Positions 19,638 through 29,343 of a stretch of 46,057 nucleotides of DNA are shown in pieces. Source of the DNA: Planctomycetota bacterium (lineage in GTDB: Bacteria; Planctomycetota; Planctomycetia; Pirellulales; UBA1268); the NCBI GenBank assembly GCA_003670915.1, contig QWQH01000090.1:1-46057 (forward strand), given 5' to 3'. Numbering within the stretch: the first letter of the stretch is position 1; each line of letters opens with the position of its first letter. The position numbers and the translations under genes are program-made. Below the pieces are notes generated by a model. The model was not told the origin of the DNA and did no database searches. It saw nothing but the letters and a program-made list of their open reading frames with translations.

Positions 19638-20638
19638 CAGGCCTCTCGAGCAACGTTCGCGTCAGTCGTGCGTGGCTGAAACGAAGCCGTCACAATGTCT
19701 GGCGAGAGTGTGCCAAAGCGGTGTCGACTGCCCGTGGTGATATTGGTGAGGTCGACCATCGCCGGTGCAAACAAGGCTGGGTCAAGGGCATAAAAATCGC
19801 GGCCAGCTTTTTCGAAGAGTTCGAGGAATGGCACGCCGGAGTCGGGCGATGAACTGCTCACCATGCGAGGCCCAATCTCAAGTAGGCTCTCGTCGTCGCC
19901 GGTCACCTCCAAAACGACGTGCCCGCCGTAGAGGATGGCGTCGTTGGTGCGGCCGATCGCCGTAAGATCGTCGTTTGGCACAGGTGCCAGCGGCGCGCGA
20001 CCGAAGCCCTTTTTGATCCGGCTGAGGTCGAAGTGCAGATCGTGTAATTTGTGAAGTGACGTTTCCAGCGATCGTGCGATCACCTGCAGCGTGCCAGCCA
20101 AACTCGCTGTGCGTGCCACGAGTAGGATCAGCTTGGATGGATCGACTCGCGCATCGGCAGCCAACTCAAGGCAGACGTCTTCTGGCGGCAGTGCGGATGC
20201 CTCGAGCAATCCGACTGCAACGGTAGGCTGCTCTCGCATTCCAATCGCGTTATACAATTCCTCGCGGCCGATGGCCGCTCGCATCGGTCCGCTAGCCATC
20301 GCAAAGTATTTTTTTGTGCTCACCTTCCATCCCGCATACTGCGAAGCGAGGCACGCTGCCAACGGTTGATCGCTCTCCACTGCGACCACCGGCCAAACGC
20401 ATTTCGGCCAGACGCTAGCCCAGTGCTCGTGCGGCACATCGGCGGGTTCGATCCAGGCCCGCCCCCGCCCAGCCATCGCCGCAAGGGCCATCTCAACGCC
20501 GGCCGCCAGACCGCCAGGAGACTGCACGCCGCAATCCACGACGCGCACGCCTGCCCGCACGTGCACCGAGGCATGGAGTAGGTCGGCACCGCGAATCATC
20601 CGTTCGGCGATCTCATAAGCCTCCGAGTTGAGTGCCAT
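19637..20638 (-). CDS. mch: Methenyltetrahydromethanopterin cyclohydrolase
   Basis: ACLASQYAGW, FAMASGPMRA, QVIARSLETSLHK, GRTNDAILYGG, FYALDPALFAPA. Confidence 0.96.
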   Translation of the reverse strand: MALNSEAYEIAERMIRGADLLHASVHVRAGVRVVDCGVQSPGGLAAGVEMALAAMAGRGRAWIEPADVPHEHWASVWPKCVWPVVAVESDQPLAACLASQYAGWKVSTKKYFAMASGPMRAAIGREELYNAIGMREQPTVAVGLLEASALPPEDVCLELAADARVDPSKLILLVARTASLAGTLQVIARSLETSLHKLHDLHFDLSRIKKGFGRAPLAPVPNDDLTAIGRTNDAILYGGHVVLEVTGDDESLLEIGPRMVSSSSPDSGVPFLELFEKAGRDFYALDPALFAPAMVDLTNITTGSRHRFGTLSPDIVTASFQPRTTDANVAREA

Positions 20639-20806
20639 TCAGATTGCTCGCATCACAAGAGAAAAAAGCGAAAACCGATACCGATAGAAGGAGACACGAA
20701 CGCGAGTCGCACGGCATAATGCTTCAAGGAGTCATCCGCGGCAATCCCTCCAGCTTTGCCGCTGACTTCCGGTGGATCCATACTCCGCACCCGAAAGGCC
20801 TGCCAC

Positions 20807-21478
20807 GTGCCCAGCCTGACCGTCGAAAACTACGTCAAAACGATCTACCAACTCACCGCATCGCAGGAGGGGCAACCCGCGAGCACCGGACAGATCGCGA
20901 CGGCGCTCAGCGTTTCACCCGGCACGGTGACCAGCATGCTCAAAACGCTCGATGCAGCAAGGCTGGCTACGCACCGGCTCTATGAGGGCGTGGCGCTGAC
21001 ACGCGCGGGCAAGATGTTAGCGCTACGCATTCTGAGGCGACACCGACTCATCGAACTTTTTCTGCTGCGCACTCTCGACATGAGTTGGGATGAGGTGCAC
21101 GATGAGGCCGAGCACATGGAACACGCGGTGAGCGATCTACTGGTGGATCGCATCGATGCTTTCCTTGGGCATCCCGACGTCGATCCGCACGGAGATCCGA
21201 TTCCACGGGTGGACGGGGAGTCCTTGCACGCGCCCGATGAAAAACCTTCGCGTTCAATGGCAGAGTGTGCGGCAGGGGCAACATTCAAGCTCACGCGAGT
21301 GCTCGATCAGTCGGCTGGATTTCTTCGCTATCTCACTGAATCTGGCCTCGCGTTGGGAACCGTCGGACAGGTGGAGCGGAATCCAGACGGTGCGGGGCTC
21401 ATGCGCATTCGGGTGAACGCTCGCGTGCTCTCGCTGGCCATCGAAGCCGCAGGCAAGATCGTTGTCGGAGATGCGTGA
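20807..21478 (+). CDS. DtxR/MntR-family metal-dependent repressor with a C-terminal FeoA-like domain
   Basis: TVENYVKTIY, VSPGTVTSMLK, RRHRLIELFL, VHDEAEHMEH, DPHGDPIP; GTG start. Confidence 0.92.
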   Translation: MPSLTVENYVKTIYQLTASQEGQPASTGQIATALSVSPGTVTSMLKTLDAARLATHRLYEGVALTRAGKMLALRILRRHRLIELFLLRTLDMSWDEVHDEAEHMEHAVSDLLVDRIDAFLGHPDVDPHGDPIPRVDGESLHAPDEKPSRSMAECAAGATFKLTRVLDQSAGFLRYLTESGLALGTVGQVERNPDGAGLMRIRVNARVLSLAIEAAGKIVVGDA

Positions 21479-21485
21479 GCCGTGG

Positions 21486-22016
21486 TCAGTCGGGCTGGAT
21501 GTCCGCGATGAGTTCCCATGTTGCCGACTGTCCGAGGCACTCGTCTACCTCGACTAACAATCCGCTCGAGAGGCGTGTGCCGGCGGCGGCAAGCTCGCCG
21601 ACGAGTTCTCGGCCAATCCAGCGGGCGAGCCATTCGGCGGTGGTGTTTGCCATAGGCAAGAGCACGCACTCCTCTGCTGGAAAAACCCATCGGCGTTGTT
21701 CGAATCGCACGGTCACCTCAGCCCCTCCCGCGGCTAATTGTTCTGTCGCAATGCGGAGTAAGGAATTCTGCGTGGGAAGCAGGATGTGGTGGTCGAGCCT
21801 CGCGATGATGCCAGAGAGCACGTCGCGGAACTCAATAAAGTCAATCACCATTCCATGCGGATTCGGCGATCCTGTGATCGCAGCGGCAACCGTCCAGTTA
21901 TGGCCGTGAATAGCTTCGCAAAGGTCATCGGCCAGCGTGATAAAGTGGCCTGCTGAAAAGACGTGAACGGCTTTGCGGAGTTTGACTGTGTAGCGTTCGC
22001 CAGAGCGTTCGTGCAT
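21486..22016 (-). CDS. 6-pyruvoyl-tetrahydropterin synthase family protein (COG0720, QueD/PTPS-I/III motif)
   Basis: FSAGHF, CEAIHGHNW, GMVIDF, LDH, NTTAEWLA. Confidence 0.9.
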   Translation of the reverse strand: MHERSGERYTVKLRKAVHVFSAGHFITLADDLCEAIHGHNWTVAAAITGSPNPHGMVIDFIEFRDVLSGIIARLDHHILLPTQNSLLRIATEQLAAGGAEVTVRFEQRRWVFPAEECVLLPMANTTAEWLARWIGRELVGELAAAGTRLSSGLLVEVDECLGQSATWELIADIQPD

Positions 22017-22083
22017 GGAGTGTGACTGCAGAGGGGTGGGATCTGATGTTCAATGCCGAGTGTACTCTCTGTCTGGGCAAAGG

Positions 22084-23028
22084 TTACGCAGAGGGCAAAG
22101 AAACTAGCGATTGGAGTGATGGCGTGGCACCCAGCAGGCTGCGGAGGCGGCCATCGATCAGCAGGATGTAGAGACCAGCGGCAACAAGGTCGGCCGTCGT
22201 GCCCGGATTGAGGCGAACTGGCCATCGCAACTGGCGGTCGAATTCAGCAGTAGCATTCCGCCAGTTGTCGGCCTGTGCCAGCACGCAAGCAGCGCGGGCC
22301 GAAACATCAGCGGCACGTTCGAGCCCATGCTTACGAGCGATCAGCGAGTCAGGCTCACGGGACAACTGTCGCAGGTACGATCGCACGATCGCATCGCCGA
22401 GGGTGTGTCCGGCGTGCAGTTCCCCCAGGAGATCGCGCACGAGTCCATTGCACAGCGTTTGGTAGCCGTGCGCCCAGAGGTGGGCGATCTGATCGTACGC
22501 GGCCGCGGCATGCATCGCAGCGAGCAAATCATTTGGGGCACTGCCAGCTACATCCCACGTGTCGCGGTCGCCCATACCCCCTGGCTGGGCAATCGAGATT
22601 GCCTCCCACACAGCCGTCGCATCGGCAGGACCCAAGGTTGCCAGCACTGCAGCAATGATTTCAGGGCGAAAGGGAGTCGCAGTGATTATGTCGGCGGGCA
22701 CAGCTGCAATCGGCGCGATAGCCAGCACGATCCCAAGGTTTGCATTCGAACGTGTCACGCGTCGCGAGGCCGTCACGGCATCTCGAATCGTGCGTCCCAG
22801 AGGCTGGCCGGCTGCCCGCTGCATGACAGGCGCGATTGCCGCGCCGGCCGCAATGAGTTCGTTGTAGGAGAGGTCGTCGAAGTCGGCACCGGGAAACACG
22901 TTGCCTGGTTTTGCTGCGGATGCCTCGAGACTGCAGGCCATAGCCGTACACCATCCCCGGCTCCATGGCGAGCAGTCAGCCGTTCCGTCTAGGGGCATTC
23001 CATGGACGGCGTCAAAGCACAGAGGCAT
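22084..23028 (-). CDS. orf7: CitG-like triphosphoribosyl-dephospho-CoA synthase homolog (Orf7 of the H4MPT clusters)
   Basis: ACSLEASAAKPGNV, NANLGIVL, PDSLIARKHG, LNPGTTADL; start 23028 or 22998. Confidence 0.85.
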   Translation of the reverse strand: MPLCFDAVHGMPLDGTADCSPWSRGWCTAMACSLEASAAKPGNVFPGADFDDLSYNELIAAGAAIAPVMQRAAGQPLGRTIRDAVTASRRVTRSNANLGIVLAIAPIAAVPADIITATPFRPEIIAAVLATLGPADATAVWEAISIAQPGGMGDRDTWDVAGSAPNDLLAAMHAAAAYDQIAHLWAHGYQTLCNGLVRDLLGELHAGHTLGDAIVRSYLRQLSREPDSLIARKHGLERAADVSARAACVLAQADNWRNATAEFDRQLRWPVRLNPGTTADLVAAGLYILLIDGRLRSLLGATPSLQSLVSLPSA

Positions 23029-23181
23029 CGGCCGGCTGGAGTCTCGAGCAGAAATGTTTAGATCTCGTTTGGAAGAGTCGAGGGCTATGGTGGCAACGTG
23101 GCGAAGGTACACTTTGTTTGCGAGCAACCGATGCTCAAAAGAAGCCTCGCCAATACCCCAATTGAACCAAGGCACGACCTC

Positions 23182-25404
23182 ATGGCAACCATCGCGACAA
23201 TCGAAGAGAGCACCCCCGAAGAGAGCAAGGAAAGCGCGCTGGGTGCCGACTGTTTTTTAAACCGCGAGTTGAGCTGGCTGGAATTCAATCTGCGGGTGCT
23301 CGAAGAGGCTGAGAATCCAGAGAATCCGCTGATGGAGCGGCTCAAATTCTTGGCGATCTTCAGTTCAAATCTAGATGAATTCTTTATGGTGCGAGTGTCG
23401 GGGATTCGGGAGCAGGCGTTTGGCGAGAGTGCCCCGCAAGACTACGCACCCGACGGTATCCGGCCCCTCGGGCAGTTGCAGCGGATAGCTGCCAGAACGC
23501 AGGAACTTGTAGCCAGGCAGTATCGATGCCTGCGAGAGAGCATTGCACCAGCGATGGCAGCGGAGGGTTTTGAGTTGCTACGGTATGCCGATGTGGATGC
23601 TCAACAGTTATCGCAGATTGACAAGTTTTTTTGCGAGCGCGCGTTGCCGATCCTCACACCCATGGCGGTTGATCCAGCCCATCCCTCCCCTCGCTACCAC
23701 AACCGAGGTTTGTATCTGGGGGTGCAACTGGAGCAGTCGCAAGGGTTGGGACCGAAGCGGCTCTTTGCGGTTGTGCAGGTGCCCCAGGTGTTACCCCGCT
23801 TTGTGAATGTTGGTTGCAGCACGCCAGGGCAACAGCGATTTGTGCTGCTGGAAGATGTCATCGCAGCGAGGTTGCCGGAACTGTTTGGTGGATTTTCGGT
23901 GAAATCGTGGACCACTTTCCGGATCACGCGCGACAGCGATTTGGAACTGCTGGAGCAGGAGTCGGATGACATGCTCAAGCTGATCGAGGAACGCCTCAAG
24001 ACGCGGCAGCGAGGGCAGGCCGTGCGGATCGAGGTGTCGGCCAGGGTGGCCGATGAATCACTGGCACGAACCATCATCGACGAGGAGGATCTGCACTGTG
24101 ATGACGGATCGACCGAATGCAGCTACAGCGAGGTCTACAGCATTGATGGCCCGCTGGATCTCACAGCTCTGTGGGAGTTGCACAAGCTTTCAGGCTACGA
24201 GTATCTGCACGACAAGCCATCGACGCCACGCACACCACGCGGGCTCCGGAACAGAGGCGACGATATTTTTGCGGCCATTGCCGACCACGATATTTTGCTC
24301 CACCATCCGTACGAATCATTCGACCCAGTTGTCGACTTTGTGGCTCGGGCGGCTGCCGACCCTCGCGTGCTAGCCATCAAGCAGACGCTCTATCGGACCA
24401 GCGGCGATTCGCCGATTTCACGCGCACTGATCATGGCAGCTGAGGCGGGCAAACATGTGACGGCTCTGGTGGAGCTGAAGGCTCGGTTCGACGAAGCCAA
24501 CAACGTGAGTTGGGCTCGGCAGATGGAGCGGGCCGGCGTGCACGTCGTATTTGGTTTTTTGGATCTGAAGACGCACTGCAAGGTGTCGATGGTGGTACGC
24601 AATGAGGGGCAGGGCCTGCGGAGGTACGTGCATCTGGGTACGGGCAATTACAATCCCACTACGGCCCTGCTCTATACAGACGTAGGACTCTTCACCGCCA
24701 ACGAGCAGATTGCCGAAGACGCTTCGGCTGTGTTCAACCTGCTGACGGGCTACTCGCAGGGACACGCCTGGCGGAAGCTGATCGTGGCCCCCAACGACCT
24801 GCATCGCCGGACGCTTGAATTAATCGATGAACAAACGGCGAAGGCCCACGAGGGCAAGCCATCGCGGATCTTTGCGAAGCTCAATGCGTTGGTCGACCAC
24901 AAGGTCATCGAAGCCCTGTATCGGGCCAGCCAAGCAGGGGTGCCGATCGACATTATTGCGCGCGGCATCTGCACGTTGCGGCCCGGTGTGCCAGGCTTGA
25001 GCGAAACGATCCGCGTGCGGAGCATTGTGGACAGGTTTTTAGAGCACAGTCGGATCTATGTTTTTGGTGTGGATGACGAAGCAAAAGTATTTATATCCAG
25101 CGCCGACTGGATGCCCCGAAACTTCTTTCGGCGAGTGGAATTGATGGTGCCGATTCAGTCGCCCGATCTGGTTGCCCGCGTTTTGCGTGAGATCATTCCA
25201 GTCTATCTGGCCGACAACACGCGGGCCCGCGTGATGGACTCGGAGGGAAAGTTTCATCTCCAGTATCCCGGGCCTGGAGAAGCTCCACTGCGAGCCCAGG
25301 TGTATTTCTTGGCAGAGCGGGTTGCCACACCGAAGCCCGAGGCAGGCGATGGGATTGGCGAGGGTGGCGGAGATAGTAGAATCCTGAATGGATTACCCGA
25401 CTAA
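23182..25404 (+). CDS. ppk1: Polyphosphate kinase 1
   Basis: FLNRELSWLEFN, NLDEFFMVRV, LLHHPYESF, IKQTLYRT, ELKARFDE, HLGTGNYN, SADWMPRN. Confidence 0.97.
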   Translation: MATIATIEESTPEESKESALGADCFLNRELSWLEFNLRVLEEAENPENPLMERLKFLAIFSSNLDEFFMVRVSGIREQAFGESAPQDYAPDGIRPLGQLQRIAARTQELVARQYRCLRESIAPAMAAEGFELLRYADVDAQQLSQIDKFFCERALPILTPMAVDPAHPSPRYHNRGLYLGVQLEQSQGLGPKRLFAVVQVPQVLPRFVNVGCSTPGQQRFVLLEDVIAARLPELFGGFSVKSWTTFRITRDSDLELLEQESDDMLKLIEERLKTRQRGQAVRIEVSARVADESLARTIIDEEDLHCDDGSTECSYSEVYSIDGPLDLTALWELHKLSGYEYLHDKPSTPRTPRGLRNRGDDIFAAIADHDILLHHPYESFDPVVDFVARAAADPRVLAIKQTLYRTSGDSPISRALIMAAEAGKHVTALVELKARFDEANNVSWARQMERAGVHVVFGFLDLKTHCKVSMVVRNEGQGLRRYVHLGTGNYNPTTALLYTDVGLFTANEQIAEDASAVFNLLTGYSQGHAWRKLIVAPNDLHRRTLELIDEQTAKAHEGKPSRIFAKLNALVDHKVIEALYRASQAGVPIDIIARGICTLRPGVPGLSETIRVRSIVDRFLEHSRIYVFGVDDEAKVFISSADWMPRNFFRRVELMVPIQSPDLVARVLREIIPVYLADNTRARVMDSEGKFHLQYPGPGEAPLRAQVYFLAERVATPKPEAGDGIGEGGGDSRILNGLPD

Positions 25405-25422
25405 CGAGCAACCCAATGGCGG

Positions 25423-26379
25423 ATGTCGATGGCGGAAGACTACTACGAGACACTCAGCGTGCCGCGCACCGCGTCGGCAGAGGATATCCGTAAGGCCTAC
25501 AGAGAGCTGGCTCGGAAGTACCACCCAGATCTCCACCCCGACGACGCATCCGCGCAGGAAAAGTTTAAGCAGGTTCAGACGGCGTTCGATGTGCTGAACG
25601 ATCAGAGCAAGCGGGAGATGTACGACCGCTACGGGAGTTCCTTTGAGGGCGTTGCAGCGGGGGGGGCGGCCGGGGGCTTTGATCCCAGACGAGGAGGGCC
25701 ATTCCCTAGCGGTGGCTTTTCTGGTGGCGAGATTGATTTGGAAAGTCTGTTTGGCGGCGGTGGAGGGTTTGGAGACCTCTTCGGAGGCGGAGCGACGAAG
25801 GCTCGCGGCAAGCGACGCGCTCCTGCGGTGCCTGGCCAAGACATCACTTCGCGGATTCTGATTCCATTTCGGCTGGCGATCGACGGTGGCAAGACAGATG
25901 TTCGCATCGACCGCAGCGGGAAGCCCGAAACGATCAGCGTGACGATTCCGCAGGGCTTGCCCGACGGCGGGCGAATGCGTTTGCGAGGTCAAGGCCTTCC
26001 AGGCTCTGGCGGTGCGCCCGCCGGCGATCTGCTTTTTGAAGTGGGCGTGGAATCCCATCCTGTGTTTCGTCGCACGGGCGACACGCTCGAACTCACGCTA
26101 CCAGTCAGCGTGGCCGAAGCGATTGAGGGAGGAAAAGTGGATGTGCCGACGCCATGGGGCACGATCGCATTGCGGATTCCGCCGACCACATCCAGCGGCC
26201 GAAAGCTCCGGGCTGCCGGTATGGGCGTGCGCCACGCCAACGGCGCACGGGGCGATTTGATTGCCGAGGTGCAGATCGTGCTTCCCGAAGCGACTAACCC
26301 CGAAGCGATTGCGCAGCTATTAGACGCAGCCAAAACCGCTGCGGGCACAGCCAACCCCCGGGCGCAACTGCTGTGGTGA
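25423..26379 (+). CDS. DnaJ class B chaperone (CbpA-like)
   Basis: J domain with HPD, G/F-rich linker, DnaJ C-terminal domain, no zinc finger. Confidence 0.92.
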   Translation: MSMAEDYYETLSVPRTASAEDIRKAYRELARKYHPDLHPDDASAQEKFKQVQTAFDVLNDQSKREMYDRYGSSFEGVAAGGAAGGFDPRRGGPFPSGGFSGGEIDLESLFGGGGGFGDLFGGGATKARGKRRAPAVPGQDITSRILIPFRLAIDGGKTDVRIDRSGKPETISVTIPQGLPDGGRMRLRGQGLPGSGGAPAGDLLFEVGVESHPVFRRTGDTLELTLPVSVAEAIEGGKVDVPTPWGTIALRIPPTTSSGRKLRAAGMGVRHANGARGDLIAEVQIVLPEATNPEAIAQLLDAAKTAAGTANPRAQLLW

Positions 26380-26876
26380 TGGGTGCCAACGAAACATTTC
26401 CGACGAACGCGCGTTTGCACAGCCCTACCGATTTTGCGCGCGTGTTTGAATTTCACCGGAGTGCCGCTAGCGGCAGATTGGTGCTGTATGCATGTCCCAC
26501 GGCCGATGCGAGCGAGACTTCAGGCGGCAGATCACCTGTGCGGCTTGGAATGTCTGTGTCGCGGCGCATTGGCAATGCCGTGGTGCGCAATCGCTGGAAG
26601 CGGCGGCTGCGAGAGGCCTTTCGTCGCGTGCAGGAGCGTCTGCCTGCCGGCAATGATTTTGTGATTGTGGTGCGTTCCAGCAGCGGTGAACAGCGGGTAG
26701 AGACACGTACAAAATGCGCCCCACCACCGGTGCCCTCCGGGGAAAAAGGTGCATCGCACGTGGAAGAGGCGATCCTCGCATTAGCCGCACGCGTCGTGGG
26801 CCGACCGGGCTATGCAGCGGCCACATGGGCGGCGACTCCGAGTGCGAAACATCCGCCGAAGAAGCGACACAGGTGA
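26379..26876 (+). CDS. rnpA: Ribonuclease P protein component
   Basis: RLGMSVSRRIGNAVVRNRWKRRLREAFR (RNR motif); ATG overlaps the upstream TGA. Confidence 0.9.
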   Translation: MGANETFPTNARLHSPTDFARVFEFHRSAASGRLVLYACPTADASETSGGRSPVRLGMSVSRRIGNAVVRNRWKRRLREAFRRVQERLPAGNDFVIVVRSSSGEQRVETRTKCAPPPVPSGEKGASHVEEAILALAARVVGRPGYAAATWAATPSAKHPPKKRHR

Positions 26877-26886
26877 GGCTGACGCG

Positions 26887-27153
26887 ATGGACGTGGTGTG
26901 GTTTCAACGGATGCGACAAAGAGCAGGTCGCGCGTGCGGAGTTGCCGCGTCGGCCGTTCTGGTGGGAGTAGTTGTGGTGTACAAGCTCACCCTGAGCCCG
27001 CTGCTTGGGCGTCACTGTCGGTTTCAGCCAACGTGTAGCACATACTTTCGCGAGTCGGTAGAAAAGTATGGCGCGATTCGTGGAAGCCTTTGCGGGCTGG
27101 CTCGTATCGGCCGCTGCCACCCCTGGCATCCCGGTGGCTACGATCCGCCGTAG
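26887..27153 (+). CDS. yidD: Membrane protein insertion efficiency factor YidD
   Basis: YKLTLSPLLGRHCRFQPTCSTY...RCHPWHPGGYDPP. Confidence 0.94.
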   Translation: MDVVWFQRMRQRAGRACGVAASAVLVGVVVVYKLTLSPLLGRHCRFQPTCSTYFRESVEKYGAIRGSLCGLARIGRCHPWHPGGYDPP

Positions 27154-27180
27154 AACCGCGGGCAATACGGTTGCCGCAGG

Positions 27181-28005
27181 CTACTCCGTTTTTGGGACTA
27201 GATTCAGTAACCGGCCGGGCGAGCCCATGATGTTGTAGCCAGCATCCACGTGGAGGATCTCACCGGTGATGCCAAGAGATTCCCGCGAGAGCAGCCACGC
27301 GCCCGCCTTGCCGACTTCTTCGTGCGTAATGTTTCGGCCCATGGGTGACATGTGCTGGTAGAGCCCAAGCATTTCATCGACACCAGCACCGCGGCCAGCG
27401 AGCGTGCGAAGCGGACCGGCGCTCACCGCATTCACGCGGACACCGGCGGGGCCGAGATCGTATGCCATATATTTCACGCACGCATCAAGCGTCGCCTTGC
27501 ACACGCCCATGATGTTGTAGCCTGGCACGACTTTTTCACCGCCGAAGTAGGTCAGCGTGAGAATAGACGCATCTTTGGAAAGAATTTTTCTGGAAAGGCG
27601 GCCTACAGCGAGCAGGCTATAAGCACTGGTTTCCATTGCAATCCGAAAACCCTCCCGACTGCAGTCGGTGGTCTCGCCCTTGAGGTCGTCCAGGGGCGCG
27701 TACGCGATCGAGTGCACGAGGAAATCAATGGAGCCGAATTCCTGTTGAGCCCGCTGCATGACAGCGGCAATCTGCTCGTCGTTGCCGGCATCCATCGGCA
27801 CGAGAAACTTTGCGTTCGGGGCGGAATCTGTAAGCTGCGCCACGCGGCGACGGTTGCGTTGTCGTTCGTCATCGGGCCGGTCAGGCAGGTGGGAAAACCC
27901 GATTTCCCCACCCTCGGTCAGGATTTCCTTTGCAATGGCCCACGCAATTGAGTGGTCGTTGGCCACGCCTAGGATGAGTCCCTTGAGTCCACTGAACCGG
28001 CCCAT
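27181..28005 (-). CDS. fabI: Enoyl-ACP reductase
   Basis: GVANDHSIAWAIA, VHSIAYAP, YNIMGVCKA, VNAVSAGPLRTLA. Confidence 0.95.
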   Translation of the reverse strand: MGRFSGLKGLILGVANDHSIAWAIAKEILTEGGEIGFSHLPDRPDDERQRNRRRVAQLTDSAPNAKFLVPMDAGNDEQIAAVMQRAQQEFGSIDFLVHSIAYAPLDDLKGETTDCSREGFRIAMETSAYSLLAVGRLSRKILSKDASILTLTYFGGEKVVPGYNIMGVCKATLDACVKYMAYDLGPAGVRVNAVSAGPLRTLAGRGAGVDEMLGLYQHMSPMGRNITHEEVGKAGAWLLSRESLGITGEILHVDAGYNIMGSPGRLLNLVPKTE

Positions 28006-28139
28006 ATGCAAAACCTCCGCTGTGTGCTGGATCCTCGTTGATGGAATGAAACTCTAGCGGTTGGCTTCAAAACGCTCAACTTGTCAGGTTCTCGCACGTT
28101 GAAGGAGCGAAGAACGCTCGTTGCCGACGTTGCCCCCCC

Positions 28140-28168
28140 TTGTCGAATGGTGTGTTCACGGGTAAAAA
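28140..28168 (+). promoter_or_regulatory. Putative sigma-70 promoter of tRNA-Lys
   Basis: TTGTCG-17 bp-TAAAAA ending 9 nt upstream of the tRNA. Confidence 0.45.
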
Positions 28169-28177
28169 GTTGTGATC

Positions 28178-28251
28178 GCCCCGTTAGCTCAATTGGTCAG
28201 AGCATCTGACTCTTAATCAGAGGGTTCCTGGTTCGAGTCCAGGACGGGGCA
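28178..28251 (+). tRNA. tRNA-Lys (anticodon CTT), CCA not encoded
   Basis: Acceptor stem GCCCCGT/ACGGGGC, D-arm TAGCTCAATTGGTCAGAGC, anticodon arm TCTGA-CTCTTAA-TCAGA, T-loop GGTTCGAGTCC. Confidence 0.97.
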
Positions 28252-28533
28252 CTGAGTTCGACTATCGCAGTTTCCAAAGCCATCGCGACTGCCTTTTTGA
28301 AGAGTCGGACTTTCTTTGAACCTCGCCAACTATGCGTACAGCGTGGCGGTAGTCCGCTCTGTGGCTCGGGGTGCGCCGACAAGGCCGCATCGGCCTTGTC
28401 GCGAGCTTTTTTCGAGTTGGTGAGAGTCGCCTGTGTGTTCGCTTGTGATGGCTTCACGCCATCCATTAAACACCCACGCGAAAAGGGTAAGATCCCCATT
28501 AACTCGCCAGCCCGTCGTACGGAGGGAAAATGA

Positions 28534-29270
28534 ATGTGGATATTTTCAGCGGAGGTTGCCGCCGACGTGGAATGTGTTGAGATCCCTTTCGCAGCGTCGT
28601 TCATGACGTTCATGCCGAGCGATCGCGATAGGCCGACAAGCGTTCTTCCAACCCGGTATTTCCAATTGGGTGTCAGTCCGGTGACGCAGGGCCAGTGGAG
28701 GCAAGTGATGGGAACGGAGCCATGAAAGGGACGCGAAAGCGTTGAGTCTGGCAGGGACTATCCGGTCTCGTATGTGAGCCGGATTGATGCAACAGAGCTC
28801 TGCAAGACACGCACGCTCTCCGAACAAAAGAACAGAAAACTCAAGTCGGGCGAAGAGTATCGACTTCCCACGGAAGCCGAATGGGAGTATGCGTGTCGGG
28901 CAGGAATAGAGACCGCGTTTTCCTTCGGCGATGACGAGTCGAAGTTGGGCGAGTATGCATGGTTTCGAGGTAACACAACTGGCGAGCAATTCCCACATAA
29001 AGTTCGTGAAAAAAGCTGAACCAGTGGGGCTTGCACGACATGCACGGGAGCGTGTTGGAGTGGTGCTCAGATGCGTATCACACGCTGGCGGTGGGTGAAG
29101 ATTCAACTGACCACGGCAACGACTCGTACTCCGTGGCTCGCGTTGGCTGTTGGAGATTCGATTCGATCGGCTGTCGATCGGCGGCCCGCAACCTCATCAG
29201 TCCGTCAGACTCTGGCTACGACTTGGGCTTCCGTGTGGCACGCAGTTCGCTGTGGACGAGGCTGTCATAA
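28534..29270 (+). pseudogene. Degraded formylglycine-generating enzyme (FGE-sulfatase/SUMF1) family gene
   Basis: [39 protein letters not shown]; in-frame TGA at 28723-28725 and a -1 frameshift in the A6 run 29009-29014. Confidence 0.88.
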
Positions 29271-29343
29271 GAAACACGGTTAAGCGTGCCGACTGTGTGC
29301 TCGCGAGTTCCAGAGTTCAGACGTAAGAATTCGGAAGGGGCAT

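Noticed and set aside
28723-28725. In-frame TGA at a conserved Trp position suggesting TGA recoding or selenocysteine
   Set aside because: TGA is the normal stop of many genes here (recR, mtdC, mch, rsgA), and the same gene has a frameshift and motif decay
29008-29015. GAAAAAAG as a programmed -1 frameshift site
   Set aside because: The zero frame reads GAA AAA AGC, not A AAA AAG, and the gene is already broken upstream
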